Below are positions 63,871-64,000 of a stretch of DNA of 64,000 nt, one piece after another. The stretch covers positions 416,001-480,000 of the forward strand of contig JBFPLN010000003.1 of the NCBI GenBank assembly GCA_051971635.1, in the 5' to 3' direction. Under the pieces are notes generated by a model. That model saw only the letters and a list, made by a program, of their open reading frames with translations, ran no database searches and was not told where the DNA came from. A program made the translations under genes and the position numbers. This DNA is from Candidatus Atelocyanobacterium thalassae (lineage in GTDB: Bacteria > Cyanobacteriota > Cyanobacteriia > Cyanobacteriales > Microcystaceae). Every line of letters starts with the position of its first letter. The first letter of the stretch is position 1.

Positions 63871-64000
63871 CAATACATTATTTTTGTTAAATTAATAGAA
63901 ATTCAAAGCTTATATAAAAACGTACATAATTCGATTTTTTTTTAAGAGGAAATATATACTGTAATTAGTATTTAATTTAGTTTTTATGTCTATAGTAAAA

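Noticed and set aside
1..64000. CRISPR array, IS elements, prophage, or tRNA-linked islands
   Set aside because: I saw no regularly spaced direct repeats, transposase, integrase or duplicated tRNA 3' ends; the tRNA flanks are housekeeping genes

Overview
AT-rich window of a reduced cyanobacterial chromosome. It holds about 45 intact housekeeping CDS and 4 tRNAs (Arg-CCG, Leu-CAA, Lys-TTT, Pro-TGG). I saw no transposase, prophage, CRISPR array or intein. The window has petCA, ndhO, btpA, a Tab2 family gene, ggpS, murG, lpxD and putative hydrogenase-associated genes. It has no PSII, phycobilisome or carboxysome genes, its proteins are AT-drifted, and I saw no HIP1 site by eye. This best fits UCYN-A / Candidatus Atelocyanobacterium thalassa (the nitroplast lineage), which is an inference. 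Main points of interest: (1) three unrelated, very long near-perfect intergenic palindromes (29-34 bp arms), one of which lies between divergent genes and so terminates no annotated gene; (2) a TPR plus two small membrane protein cassette resembling the uptake-hydrogenase-associated asr0689/asr0690/alr0691 genes, detached from hyp/hup; (3) an uncalled 49-aa membrane protein upstream of sbcC; (4) a candidate structured RNA upstream of the class V aminotransferase; (5) retention of a phytol-salvage kinase pair, a second EF-G, an O2-dependent class I RNR and GgpS.
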